64,000 bases of DNA. Origin: an uncultured Gammaproteobacteria bacterium (GTDB lineage: Bacteria; Patescibacteriota; Patescibacteriia; Patescibacteriales; WJLG01). Below the pieces are notes generated by a model, which was not told the DNA's origin, did not search any database, and worked only from the letters and a program-made list of their open reading frames with translations. The stretch spans positions 3,445-67,444 of the forward strand of contig CAZJPG010000005.1 of assembly GCA_964547855.1 (NCBI GenBank). The letters run 5' to 3'. This document shows positions 34,799 through 44,168 of this stretch, one piece after another (within the stretch, counting starts at the first letter, position 1; every line of letters begins with the position of its first letter). A program made the position numbers and the translations under genes.

Positions 34799-36313
34799 AT
34801 GGAATATGACGTTATCATCGGCATGGAAATACATGCCGAGCTCAAGACAAAATCAAAAATGTTCTGCCGTTGTAGCAATATCGCCATAAGCAATGAGGAT
34901 CCGAACACTAGAACTTGCCCGATCTGTCTTGGACATCCAGGGACTTTGCCTTACCCAAACAAAGACGCCATCGATTGGACCATGACCCTCGGCTTGGGAT
35001 TGCATTGTCGTATCAATGAATACTCAAAATTCGACCGCAAGAACTATTTCTACCCTGATTTGCCAAAAGGGTATCAGATATCTCAATTCGAACTCCCCTT
35101 TTGCGCTGATGGCTGGCTAGACGTCGACGGTGAAAAAGTAGCAATAACTCGCATTCATCTTGAAGAAGACACTGGCAAGTCGACTCACCTTTCCGGCAAA
35201 GATTTCTCTTTAGTGGATCTTAATCGCGCTGGCACGCCCTTGGTCGAGCTTGTAACCGAACCAGTCATTAAGTCTGCTGAACAAGCCAAAAAATTCTGCT
35301 GGCGCTATCAGCAAACTTTAAGATATCTTGGCATATCCAATGCTGACATGGAAAAGGGAGAAATGCGCTGCGAGGCGAACATTTCGATTCAAGAAAAGGG
35401 TAAATGGGAATATACTGGCGATTGCCAGATCAAGCCGATCGGAGATTATAAGCTCAACCCAAAGATCGAAGTCAAAAATATCAACTCTTTCCGCGCCATT
35501 GAAAAGGCTATTCTTTATGAAGTCGAAAGACAGAAAAAAGCCTTGGCTGATGGAGAAAAATTGGTCCAAGAGACTCGCGGTTGGAATGAAGATAAAGGCG
35601 CGACCATTCACCAACGCTTCAAAGAGACCTCTGCCGACTATCGATACTTCCCAGAACCAGATATACCGCCTGTCGAAACTTCTGGCCAAAAGATCGAAGA
35701 ATTAAAAGCTAGACTTATCGAATTGCCGGCCGAAAAGAAAATTCGTTTCATGAACGAATATGGTTTTGACAATGAGACCGCCGAAATACTGATCAATGAC
35801 AAGAAACTAGCCGATTATGCTGAACATGTCGTCTCCGAACTCGAGGCTTGGATCGTAGCCACTGGCGATACTTGGGAGAGACAGAAGAATAAACTCTCGA
35901 AATTATCGGCCAACTGGTTGACCGGCGAACTTTTCAAACACCTAAATGCTAACAACCAAACCATAAAAGACCTAAAGATAACCCCAGAGAACTTCGCCGA
36001 ACTTATGACACTGGTCTATCAAGACAAAATAAACTCCTCTGCCGCTCAAACCATTCTGGGAGTCATGTATGAAAAAGGTGGCGACCCGACCAATATCATG
36101 GACGACATGGGACTCAAGCAAATGGACGATGACTCTGCTTTAGAGACCATAATAAAAGAAGTCCTTGCCAAAAACGAAAAGCAAGTGGCCGAATACAAAG
36201 CCGGCAAAACCACCGTCGCCCAATACTTAGTAGGTCAAGTCATGGCCGCCACCAAAGGAAAGGCAAATCCTAAAAAGGCACAGGAAATGGTTTCCAGAAT
36301 ATTGAATGCCTAA
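34799..36313 (+). CDS. gatB: Asp-tRNA(Asn)/Glu-tRNA(Gln) amidotransferase subunit B
   Basis: MEYDVIIGMEIHAELKTKSKMFC...CPICLGHPGTLP...RIHLEEDTGK... is canonical GatB, including the C-terminal YqeY-like domain. Confidence 0.97.
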   Translation: MEYDVIIGMEIHAELKTKSKMFCRCSNIAISNEDPNTRTCPICLGHPGTLPYPNKDAIDWTMTLGLGLHCRINEYSKFDRKNYFYPDLPKGYQISQFELPFCADGWLDVDGEKVAITRIHLEEDTGKSTHLSGKDFSLVDLNRAGTPLVELVTEPVIKSAEQAKKFCWRYQQTLRYLGISNADMEKGEMRCEANISIQEKGKWEYTGDCQIKPIGDYKLNPKIEVKNINSFRAIEKAILYEVERQKKALADGEKLVQETRGWNEDKGATIHQRFKETSADYRYFPEPDIPPVETSGQKIEELKARLIELPAEKKIRFMNEYGFDNETAEILINDKKLADYAEHVVSELEAWIVATGDTWERQKNKLSKLSANWLTGELFKHLNANNQTIKDLKITPENFAELMTLVYQDKINSSAAQTILGVMYEKGGDPTNIMDDMGLKQMDDDSALETIIKEVLAKNEKQVAEYKAGKTTVAQYLVGQVMAATKGKANPKKAQEMVSRILNA

Positions 36314-36346
36314 CAATGAGTCCCTGTCTTAATAACAAAAACAAAA

Positions 36347-36595
36347 ATGAACTCAAAAAATGCCTTTAACAATATAACCCAAGCGGCAATACCTTGTCTG
36401 ACCATTGGAGCTCAAATAGCCATCTCCATGAAATACCCGCAATACGGACTTATTATCGTCTTGGCGGCCCAACCTTTTTGGCTATATTCATCTTGGAAAG
36501 CCTACAAAGAGGCTAAGCAAATAGGCATGCTGATCAACACTATAATCTTTACCATAGTGACCGCAGCCGGAATAATAAATTATTGGTTCCTATAA
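36347..36595 (+). CDS. hypothetical small membrane protein (82 aa, 3 TM)
   Basis: ORF track. Its stop is 1 nt before the next start. Confidence 0.55.
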   Translation: MNSKNAFNNITQAAIPCLTIGAQIAISMKYPQYGLIIVLAAQPFWLYSSWKAYKEAKQIGMLINTIIFTIVTAAGIINYWFL

Positions 36596-36596
36596 T

Positions 36597-37028
36597 ATGG
36601 ACAATATTTGGCTCGTCTATGCCCTTCTTTCAGCTTTGACCGCCTCACTAGTGGCCATCTTTGGCAAAGTAGGGTTACAAGGCATCGACACTAACGCCGC
36701 CACGGCCATACGCGCCGTGATAATGACCGTCTTTCTTTTCGGCGTCATTCTTCTTCAAGGAAAACTAAACGATATCAAACCGATACTAGCCAATCACAAA
36801 GCCCTGACTTACATAATCCTGTCCGGAGTGGCCGGTGCTTTATCTTGGCTGTTCTACTTCTTAGCCCTCAAGGGCGGCAAAGTCAACCAAGTCGTGCCTA
36901 TAGACCGCTTGAGCGTCGTTTTCGCGCTTGTCTTGGCCTTTGTCATTCTAGGTGAAAAGATAAGCATAAAGGCAGCCATGGGGGCCCTTTTGGTACTGAT
37001 CGGCGGCATAATAGTCGCCCTGGGATAA
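36597..37028 (+). CDS. small EamA/DMT-superfamily transporter
   Basis: About 140 aa, 4-5 TM; ...LSALTASLVAIFGKVGLQGID...LSWLFYFLALKGGKVNQVVPIDRLSVVF... Confidence 0.75.
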   Translation: MDNIWLVYALLSALTASLVAIFGKVGLQGIDTNAATAIRAVIMTVFLFGVILLQGKLNDIKPILANHKALTYIILSGVAGALSWLFYFLALKGGKVNQVVPIDRLSVVFALVLAFVILGEKISIKAAMGALLVLIGGIIVALG

Positions 37029-37046
37029 TCAAAAAAGATCTATCAA

Positions 37047-37080
37047 AAACGGATGTCTAAATTCAGGCATCCGTTTTTTG
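37047..37080 (+). terminator. rho-independent terminator
   Basis: AAACGGATG-N12-CATCCGTTT followed by TTT. Confidence 0.7.
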
Positions 37081-37156
37081 TTATATTTTAAAGGTTTATT
37101 TACCAGTTGATTTATATTTTTAGCTTTCATATAATATCTATACCTACAAAATATAT

Positions 37157-37999
37157 ATGAATAAGCCGCTCATATCGGTCATAATCCCCTGTCATAACGC
37201 CGTTCCGTATATCAAGGATTCGCTCAAGTCTATGCTTGGGCAAACCTACGAGAACATCGAGATGATCTTAGTCGACGACAATAGCTCCGACGATTTGCCG
37301 TCCGCTATTAAGCCATATTTAGATAAATACCCCAACATCCGCTATTTCCGACTTCAGCAAGACGACCCAGAAAGGATCGGCCCAGACGGGACCGATATCA
37401 ACGCTGGCTGGATGTCACGCAACTACGGTATTGACATGGCCAGGGGCGAGCTTATCACTTTTCAAGACGACGACGACGGTTCTTGCAGCAACCGCTTAGA
37501 GTTTCAATATGAAATGATGGTTAGGCATGGAGTTAAACATGTCAACGTCTCTTGGCAGCGATACCGCGACGAATACAATGCCAAATATTTGGATTTCAAA
37601 CCGACCGACAAAGACATTATCGGGACAGAAGAGATATTGAAGCTAGCGAAAAAGACAGCGGGAAAATTATTCAAAAGACTATTTATGCGCGACGAGGCCA
37701 AGCACCCTATCATGGGCGCTCTGCATCGCTTTGAGCGCGAACACCTGCGCGACTGGACACCATACCCAGAAGCCGCCAACTCCCCTTTATTAAAACGCGA
37801 GGTCTTCGACAAATGTCGTTTCCATCAGCTATACGACCGCACCCGCCCATCGATAAAGGGTCGAGGATGTGACCGTAATTTCAATTTTTCCGTGGCCGAA
37901 ACTTTCAAAAGCAGCATAGCCATAAAAGCCCCACTATACCTTTGGCGAACGAAGTGGGAAAACTACGATTTTAAGGATGAAAAATACCGCCCCAAATAA
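37157..37999 (+). CDS. family 2 glycosyltransferase
   Basis: ISVIIPCHNAVPYIKDSLKSMLGQTY.NIEMILVDDNSSD and DDD (FQDDDDGS) motifs. Confidence 0.85.
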   Translation: MNKPLISVIIPCHNAVPYIKDSLKSMLGQTYENIEMILVDDNSSDDLPSAIKPYLDKYPNIRYFRLQQDDPERIGPDGTDINAGWMSRNYGIDMARGELITFQDDDDGSCSNRLEFQYEMMVRHGVKHVNVSWQRYRDEYNAKYLDFKPTDKDIIGTEEILKLAKKTAGKLFKRLFMRDEAKHPIMGALHRFEREHLRDWTPYPEAANSPLLKREVFDKCRFHQLYDRTRPSIKGRGCDRNFNFSVAETFKSSIAIKAPLYLWRTKWENYDFKDEKYRPK

Positions 38000-38101
38000 G
38001 GCGGTGTTTTTATTGACAAAAAAACATATAGACTGTTAAATATAGTTAATTTGCTCGTTTAAAAACTATCTTGAAATAAACTATTTACCAAGGGGGAATG
38101 A

Positions 38102-39592
38102 TTGAAAAACCTTATTTCCATTGAGCAGTTCTCTGCCAATGAATTATTCAACGTCATCGTGCCAGGGTGTATCGAAATGATACCAAGGGCACGTAAAATG
38201 CAGAGCGGTAAACACAAGTTGCCTGATTTTCGGGAAAGAAAACTAACCATCTTTTCAGTCGAACCTTCGACTAGAACCATCGACTCCTACATGGAAGCCT
38301 CTGGACTTCTTGGCTGGTCAGACCATCGCAGTCCACCACCAGACAACACCTCACTCATGAAAAGTGAGAGTTGGGCGGAAACTGCTAGAACCTGGGCCAT
38401 TCAAGGCGCTGGTGTGATAGCCATGCGAACCAAGATCGAAGGCGTTCAAAAGTTTCTAGCGAAGATACTAGAAGAAAAAGGCTTCAATGTTTCCATTCAA
38501 AATTGCGGCGACGGAGAACATGAGCATCCTAGCCAATGCATATTGGACTTAGTCACTATCAAACAAGAAAAGGGACGACTCGAAAATTTAACCATAGGCT
38601 TTTTAGGAGACCTCCGTTTCGGAAGAACCGTACACTCCTTAGTCAAAGCATTGTCATTGAGCAAAGGAATATCGTTAAGACTAGTATCCGCGCCTGAAAT
38701 GTCTCTGCCACGGCATTATTTAAAAAATTTCAAAGGAGAGGTCAAACAAAGCGAGGATCTTAAAATCCTGTCGGACTGTGACGTCATCTATGCCACCCGC
38801 ATTCAGGTCGAACGCTTCCCACCCGAAGTTCAATATGCGATAGCGAGAGCTAAAGAAAAATATCGAATAACGGAAGAAGTTTTAAAGGTGTTCAAGCCTG
38901 ACGCCATCATAATGCACCCCCTGCCCCATGCCAATGGATTTTCTCCAATGGCGATTAGGGATAAGCGCGTGGTAATACATAAACAATCGTGGTACGGGAT
39001 CCCGACCAGAATGTACTTGCTCAACAGAGGCTATATCAATCGCTTCCGAAAAGAATCACCGATACTAAGCTTGCCAAAAGGCAGTATGAAGACGATTCTG
39101 CATAAAGACCTTAAAGAATACTTGGAGGAAAAAAGTTCAAGAAATAAGGCTAGAAGATACTTTTCTCCGATCGACAATGGTACGGTGATAGATCATTTGC
39201 CGCGAGGATTCGGAGCAAAGATCAGGGAAGCCCTTGGAAAAGCCGGTCTTTTCGGAGAAGACAGTGTTCGACACACTATCGAGGATGTCCCATCGAAGAG
39301 AATGGGAAAAAAAGACGTCTTAGTACTTGATGGTGTATTCCTAAGCAAGGAAATGATGATCTCGATCGCCTCTTTCGCCGAAGGCGTGACTATTAACGTC
39401 ATTAAAGATGGCCGTTTTCGAAAATTAATCCTGGGAAAGCCGGGACGAATCGAAAATATCGGCCACTACCCGAACGATAACTGTATCACCAGACACGACC
39501 CGGAGGCATTCCCAATTTTTCTGCGCGTCGGTAACGGAGACGTAGAGTGCCACTACTGTGGACGCTCTTTCAAGAATAGTGAAATAAACTGA
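38102..39592 (+). CDS. pyrBI: aspartate carbamoyltransferase catalytic chain fused to regulatory chain (PyrB-PyrI fusion)
   Basis: TTG start with a GGGGGA SD. PyrB motifs SVEPSTRT, HEHPSQ, GDLRFGRT, IMHPLP. C-terminal PyrI motifs IDNGTVIDHLP and Zn-domain ...PNDNCITRHDPE...VECHYCGRSF. Confidence 0.85.
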   Translation: MKNLISIEQFSANELFNVIVPGCIEMIPRARKMQSGKHKLPDFRERKLTIFSVEPSTRTIDSYMEASGLLGWSDHRSPPPDNTSLMKSESWAETARTWAIQGAGVIAMRTKIEGVQKFLAKILEEKGFNVSIQNCGDGEHEHPSQCILDLVTIKQEKGRLENLTIGFLGDLRFGRTVHSLVKALSLSKGISLRLVSAPEMSLPRHYLKNFKGEVKQSEDLKILSDCDVIYATRIQVERFPPEVQYAIARAKEKYRITEEVLKVFKPDAIIMHPLPHANGFSPMAIRDKRVVIHKQSWYGIPTRMYLLNRGYINRFRKESPILSLPKGSMKTILHKDLKEYLEEKSSRNKARRYFSPIDNGTVIDHLPRGFGAKIREALGKAGLFGEDSVRHTIEDVPSKRMGKKDVLVLDGVFLSKEMMISIASFAEGVTINVIKDGRFRKLILGKPGRIENIGHYPNDNCITRHDPEAFPIFLRVGNGDVECHYCGRSFKNSEIN

Positions 39593-39608
39593 CCTTTAAA
39601 CGCCAAAA

Positions 39609-39637
39609 GTGGACCGGGCAAACCGATCCGCTTTTTT
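39609..39637 (+). terminator. terminator of pyrBI
   Basis: GTGGACCGG-GCAAA-CCGATCCGC (one mismatch) followed by TTTTTTT. Confidence 0.55.
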
Positions 39638-40566
39638 TATTTAAGAAAATTTTTCACTTTTCCTTCAGCCTCCGATAAACCACTAACCCAATCGATCGTT
39701 CGCTTCTTCTCCCAGCGCTTAAACCAAGTTATTTGACGTTTCGTGAACTGATTAATGGCACGATTCAAAAGCTCGAACATTTGATCATAGTCTATCTTTT
39801 CTTGTAGATACTGCGAGATGAACTTATACTCTAAGCCGAACTCCGTCAGGCGCTCCCAAGACAGACCGATCCTGTCATGAAGATTTGAAACCTCTTGAAC
39901 CATATCCTCCTTTTCCAACCTATCTTTTAAGCGTTTCTCTACCCTTTCTGACAGAACTTCCTTGTCATGTGTGATGCCAATTAACAAAAAATCATACTTG
40001 TCGCTTTTTTTATCGGCTACTTCAGAAGGACCTTTGTCATTGACCACTGATGCGACCTCAAGATAACGCACTAAGCGACGTTTATTGTTCTTGTCGCTAT
40101 TATTAAGTTTTGAAGCGAAGACCGGATTCTTTTCTTTCAACTCGTCGAACAACTCCTCCGCCGTCTTATCTTCCATTTTAGAGCGAGCCTCGATGTCAGG
40201 CTTAACGTCTAAAAGTTCATACCCTTCTACGACCGCTTCCAAATATTGACCAGAACCACCAACTATTATCGGCAACTTACCTCGACCCAGCACATCGTCG
40301 ATGGCATCATAGGCGGCCTTTTGGTAATCGGCCACCGAATATCTATCCACGGGATCGGCCACGTCTATTAAATGATATTTAACCTCTCCATATTCAGCCA
40401 AATCTTTGCCAGAACCCACATCCAAACCGCGATATACTTGCCGAGAATCGGCCGATATTATCTCGCCATCGAACTCGCGCGCCAAAGCTACGCCCAGGGA
40501 TGTCTTGCCTGACGCCGTCGTTCCTAAAATAACTATGACCTTATTTTTTTTATCTTTATCGCTCAT
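39637..40566 (-). CDS. miaA: tRNA dimethylallyltransferase
   Basis: VIVILGTTASGKTSLGVALAREFDGEIISADSRQVYRGLDVGSGK is canonical. Confidence 0.93.
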   Translation of the reverse strand: MSDKDKKNKVIVILGTTASGKTSLGVALAREFDGEIISADSRQVYRGLDVGSGKDLAEYGEVKYHLIDVADPVDRYSVADYQKAAYDAIDDVLGRGKLPIIVGGSGQYLEAVVEGYELLDVKPDIEARSKMEDKTAEELFDELKEKNPVFASKLNNSDKNNKRRLVRYLEVASVVNDKGPSEVADKKSDKYDFLLIGITHDKEVLSERVEKRLKDRLEKEDMVQEVSNLHDRIGLSWERLTEFGLEYKFISQYLQEKIDYDQMFELLNRAINQFTKRQITWFKRWEKKRTIDWVSGLSEAEGKVKNFLK

Positions 40567-40570
40567 TTTA

Positions 40571-41923
40571 TCATCTTACAAATTCACCTTCTATTCCAAA
40601 ATCGCCAGCCGACTTTATTTTAACCAGAACAAAACGACCTATTAATTCTTTATCTTTAGGCGCAGTAAAGACGACTGTCTTGTGTTGTCCGTTCTTACCA
40701 AGCCAATTCCCCTTTTTATTCTTACCATCGACCAAAACGACGACCTCCCTTCCTATGAACTTTTTGCCATTGGCCAAAGACGTGGTTCGCAGTATCTTCT
40801 CCAGCTCCGCATCACGCCTGACCTTCTCTTCCTTGCTGACATTGTCCTTCATCTTCCAAGCGGCCGTTCCTGGGCGTGGCGAGAATTGAGCCGTGTACGA
40901 CATATCGTAGCCAACCTTTTTCATTAATTTGGCGGTATTGGAAAACTGGGCTTTTGTCTCACCAGGAAAGCCGACGATTATATCGGTGGACAAGCCAACA
41001 TCTGGTATCGATCTTTTTATTTTATCTATTAAACCAAGATAATGCTTTACTGTGTATTTTCTATTCATGGCAGCCAACACCTTGTCATCACCGGCCTGAA
41101 CCGGCAAATGAATATAAGGAGTGAAGCGACCACCGCTAGCCGCGACGCGAATAAGCTCATCGCTCATATCCTTGGGGTGGCTAGTCGAAAAACGAACCCA
41201 ATAGTTCCTTGGAATACCCTTGCCTTTTTTGGTCGGTATAAGTTCTGGCAAATGTCCAACCGCCTCTAGCAATTCATAAAAATGTATCTTCTCCCCTATC
41301 TTCTTGTGCGGCAAATATCTTAGATCCTTTTTTGTAACCAAAGCTTTGTAGCTGTTGACGTTTTGAGCTATCAAATAAATTTCTTTATATCCCTTTTTTA
41401 TAAAACTGATCGCCTCATCTATTATTTCATGGGCAGGACGATATTGTTCGCGACCACGAGCATACGGCACGACACAGTAAGAGCAAAAATTATCACAACC
41501 ATTGCCGATCGGAATATAAATAGAGAACGGCGAAACAGCTTTTGGTTCGATATTAAGATAGTCCTTTTTTCCAAAATTCTTTTTCTTAAGGCCTAATTTT
41601 TTATAAAGATTTGGGAGCTCTCTGATCGGTAGCCAAATATCGACCCTGCCATCAAGCCTCTTGCGAACATCCTCTCTTTCCGAAAGACAACCGGCTAAAA
41701 TTATCTTAGCGGCTTTATTATCACCTTTAATGGCCGGTATGAGGCCATAATTGCGGTTCTCTGCCGTCTGCCTTATGCCGCAGGTGTTGAGGACCACCAC
41801 TCCGGCATCATTGCGTTCTTTGGCCTTTTTGAAGCCATAAAACTCCAAATACGAGGCTATGCGTTCGCTATCGGCCTCATTCATTTGGCAACCTATGGTT
41901 ATTATGTAATAAGTTCTCTTCAT
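40571..41923 (-). CDS. miaB: tRNA-2-methylthio-N6-dimethylallyladenosine synthase (radical SAM methylthiotransferase)
   Basis: UPF0004 N-domain (IGCQMNEADSE...NTCGIR), radical SAM CDNFCSYC, C-terminal TRAM. Adjacent to miaA. Confidence 0.88.
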   Translation of the reverse strand: MKRTYYIITIGCQMNEADSERIASYLEFYGFKKAKERNDAGVVVLNTCGIRQTAENRNYGLIPAIKGDNKAAKIILAGCLSEREDVRKRLDGRVDIWLPIRELPNLYKKLGLKKKNFGKKDYLNIEPKAVSPFSIYIPIGNGCDNFCSYCVVPYARGREQYRPAHEIIDEAISFIKKGYKEIYLIAQNVNSYKALVTKKDLRYLPHKKIGEKIHFYELLEAVGHLPELIPTKKGKGIPRNYWVRFSTSHPKDMSDELIRVAASGGRFTPYIHLPVQAGDDKVLAAMNRKYTVKHYLGLIDKIKRSIPDVGLSTDIIVGFPGETKAQFSNTAKLMKKVGYDMSYTAQFSPRPGTAAWKMKDNVSKEEKVRRDAELEKILRTTSLANGKKFIGREVVVLVDGKNKKGNWLGKNGQHKTVVFTAPKDKELIGRFVLVKIKSAGDFGIEGEFVR

Positions 41924-42059
41924 TCAACTAATAATTAAGAAATAAAAAATTAAGGATTATTTTAATATTTAAACAAGGAGCCGTCAAATCCATCCATAAA
42001 CACCCGTAAATTTAAAATCCCGCCCTACGGCGGAATCTTAAATTATCCTTTTCTGCTTC

Positions 42060-42941
42060 CTAATCCTTTATTTTGTTGATCATCTCATCCAGTTCATCAT
42101 CACTGGAAAAAGTTATCACGATCTTTCCGCCGCGCGACTCTCTTTTTATCTCTGCTTTAGCGGCAAAGAAAGAACGAAAGGCCGCCTCGCGAACGCCATC
42201 GCGCTGATCGGATTTTATCCTTGATTCCTTTGTACCACCGAGTTTTCTAACTTGTTGGCTGGTCTCGCGAACGGTCCAATTATTCTGTACTATTTTACGA
42301 AAGACTTCCATCTGCTTCACTGGATTATCTAGACCCATCAAGTACACGGCATGAGCCTCGGTCAACTGCCCTTTACTCAAAGCGTCGCGAATCTCTTGCG
42401 GTAAAGACGTCAAGCGCATGGTATTAGAGACCTGTGGCCTTGATTTACCCACTCTTTTAGCCACGTCTTCTACGGTCAAGCTGAATTCGTCCATTAACTG
42501 GCGATAGGCCATGGCTTTTTCGATCGGATTAAGGTCAGCGCGCTGAACGTTCTCAATAATGGCAACTTCCAATTTCTTCTGCTCGTCATAATCGCGAACC
42601 ACTACTGGAACTTTCTTCAGTCCAGCCATTTTCGAAGCCCTTAAACGTCGCTCACCAGCTATAAGTTCATATCTATCGCCATTTTTGGTAACTATCAAGG
42701 GCTGAATGACACCATAAGTCTTAATGGACTCTGACAGATCATTAAGTTCATTCTGATCGAATTCGTGACGCGGCTGTTTAGGGTTGGCATCGATCTTCAT
42801 CGGATCGACTTCCAACACTCCACCCAAGACAGGCAATGCCGGAGTTCCGACATACTCGGCCTCTTTGATAACTGCGCGCGGTTTGTCTATTTTTTGAGGG
42901 ATCAACGATCCAAGCCCCCTCCCTAATCCTCCATGAGACAT
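42060..42941 (-). CDS. parB: chromosome partitioning protein ParB
   Basis: GLGRGLGSLIP N-terminus, IQPLIV...YELIAGERRLRA box, HTH. Start trimmed from TTG to ATG 42941. Confidence 0.9.
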   Translation of the reverse strand: MSHGGLGRGLGSLIPQKIDKPRAVIKEAEYVGTPALPVLGGVLEVDPMKIDANPKQPRHEFDQNELNDLSESIKTYGVIQPLIVTKNGDRYELIAGERRLRASKMAGLKKVPVVVRDYDEQKKLEVAIIENVQRADLNPIEKAMAYRQLMDEFSLTVEDVAKRVGKSRPQVSNTMRLTSLPQEIRDALSKGQLTEAHAVYLMGLDNPVKQMEVFRKIVQNNWTVRETSQQVRKLGGTKESRIKSDQRDGVREAAFRSFFAAKAEIKRESRGGKIVITFSSDDELDEMINKIKD

Positions 42942-42979
42942 AATTTTCAATCTTCAATAATCAATTTTCAATCTTCAAT
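42942..42979. repeat. 17-nt perfect direct repeat x2 (21-nt period) directly upstream of the parB start
   Basis: AATTTTCAATCTTCAAT at 42942-42958 and 42963-42979. Confidence 0.6.
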
Positions 42980-43024
42980 CAACTTAAAAATCAAAAATTA
43001 AAAATTATTTAAAAAATTATAAAA

Positions 43025-43804
43025 TTAAAGATTCTTATTTTTACCCTCGTTATCCAAGATCTCTCTAGCCAGTCTCTCGTAGGCCTTGCCGCCTTTAGAG
43101 CTTTTGTCGTATTGCAATATCGAGCGACCATACGATGGCGCTTCGGCCAAGCGAACACTTCTTGGAATGACCGAACGGAACACCTTATTCGGGAAATACT
43201 GATAGAGTTCGGACATGACCATGCTTGAAAGCTTATTGCGTTGGTCGAACATGGTTATTACCGCACCCATTATGCCCAGATCCGGCTTAAGATTGTTTTG
43301 GATCAAGCTGATAGTGGAGAGCAACTGCCCAAGACCTTCCAAGGCATAGTATTCGCTTTGTATGGGAATAAGTACTTCATCGGAAGCTACTAGACTATTG
43401 ACCGTCAAAAGGCCGAGCGACGGAGGGGCATCGATCAATATATAATCATATTCATCCCTAACTGATTGTAATATTCTCATTAAACGATATTCTCTCTCAT
43501 CCATTGACACCATCTCTACGCCAGCCCCAGCCAAAGATGGCGTTGATGGCGCAACACTATAACGATCCTGTTTTGTCCTTTTAACCACATGAGGCAACTC
43601 TCTTTGCTCCACTAAAACATCATAAAGACCATGTTCAAGTTCGTTCGGCTCAAAACCAACGCCAGAAGTGGCATTTCCCTGTGGGTCAACATCCACCAAA
43701 AGCACGTGTTTTCCAAAGTGCGCCAAATAAGACCCCAGGTTTACGGCCGTGGTAGTCTTCCCAACTCCTCCCTTTTGATTTACTATGGCTATTATTTTGC
43801 CCAT
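43025..43804 (-). CDS. parA: chromosome partitioning ATPase ParA/Soj
   Basis: Deviant Walker A KIIAIVNQKGGVGKTTTAVNL. Start trimmed to ATG 43804. Confidence 0.92.
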   Translation of the reverse strand: MGKIIAIVNQKGGVGKTTTAVNLGSYLAHFGKHVLLVDVDPQGNATSGVGFEPNELEHGLYDVLVEQRELPHVVKRTKQDRYSVAPSTPSLAGAGVEMVSMDEREYRLMRILQSVRDEYDYILIDAPPSLGLLTVNSLVASDEVLIPIQSEYYALEGLGQLLSTISLIQNNLKPDLGIMGAVITMFDQRNKLSSMVMSELYQYFPNKVFRSVIPRSVRLAEAPSYGRSILQYDKSSKGGKAYERLAREILDNEGKNKNL

Positions 43805-43990
43805 ATTAGGCAATTTGTTAACTTATGCACAAAAACTAAAATAGGAACTTTTAATCCCTTGTAGCTTATGTTATTATACAAAATCCAAGAGGCCTTGGCA
43901 AACTTTCATATTTGACAAAAAAACGGTCATTATCTATAATCTTAAAAGAGCAATAAGTGTTTTAAAAGCGCTTGTTTTTTTTAGAAAAAA

Positions 43991-44005
43991 GGGCGTGTGG
44001 CGGAA
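43991..44005 (+). repeat. 15-nt duplicate of the tRNA-Leu 5' end, fused to a pair of mutually exclusive hairpins
   Basis: GGGCGTGTGGCGGAA at 43991-44005 equals 44044-44058. It is followed by GGCGG-AAT-CCGCC (43999-44011) or AATCCGCC-CAA-GGCGGATT (44004-44022). Confidence 0.6.
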
Positions 44006-44043
44006 TCCGCCCAAGGCGGATTATATCTTTGCTCAAAAACTGC

Positions 44044-44127
44044 GGGCGTGTGGCGGAACTGGCAGACGCGCACGACTCAAAATCGTGTGGACGAAAGTCC
44101 ATGTGGGTTCGATTCCCACCATGCCCA
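44044..44127 (+). tRNA. tRNA-Leu (anticodon CAA), class II with long variable arm; CCA not encoded
   Basis: Hand-folded cloverleaf. Acceptor GGGCGTG/CATGCCC. Anticodon arm CACGA-CTCAAAA-TCGTG. Variable arm TGGAC-GAAA-GTCCA. T arm GTGGG-TTCGATT-CCCAC. Discriminator A. Confidence 0.9.
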
Positions 44128-44128
44128 C

Positions 44129-44168
44129 AAATAAAATAAGACCGGCTAATGCCGGTCTTATTTTATTT
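44129..44168. terminator. bidirectional terminator (18-bp perfect stem)
   Basis: AAATAAAATAAGACCGGC-TAAT-GCCGGTCTTATTTTATTT. Confidence 0.75.
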
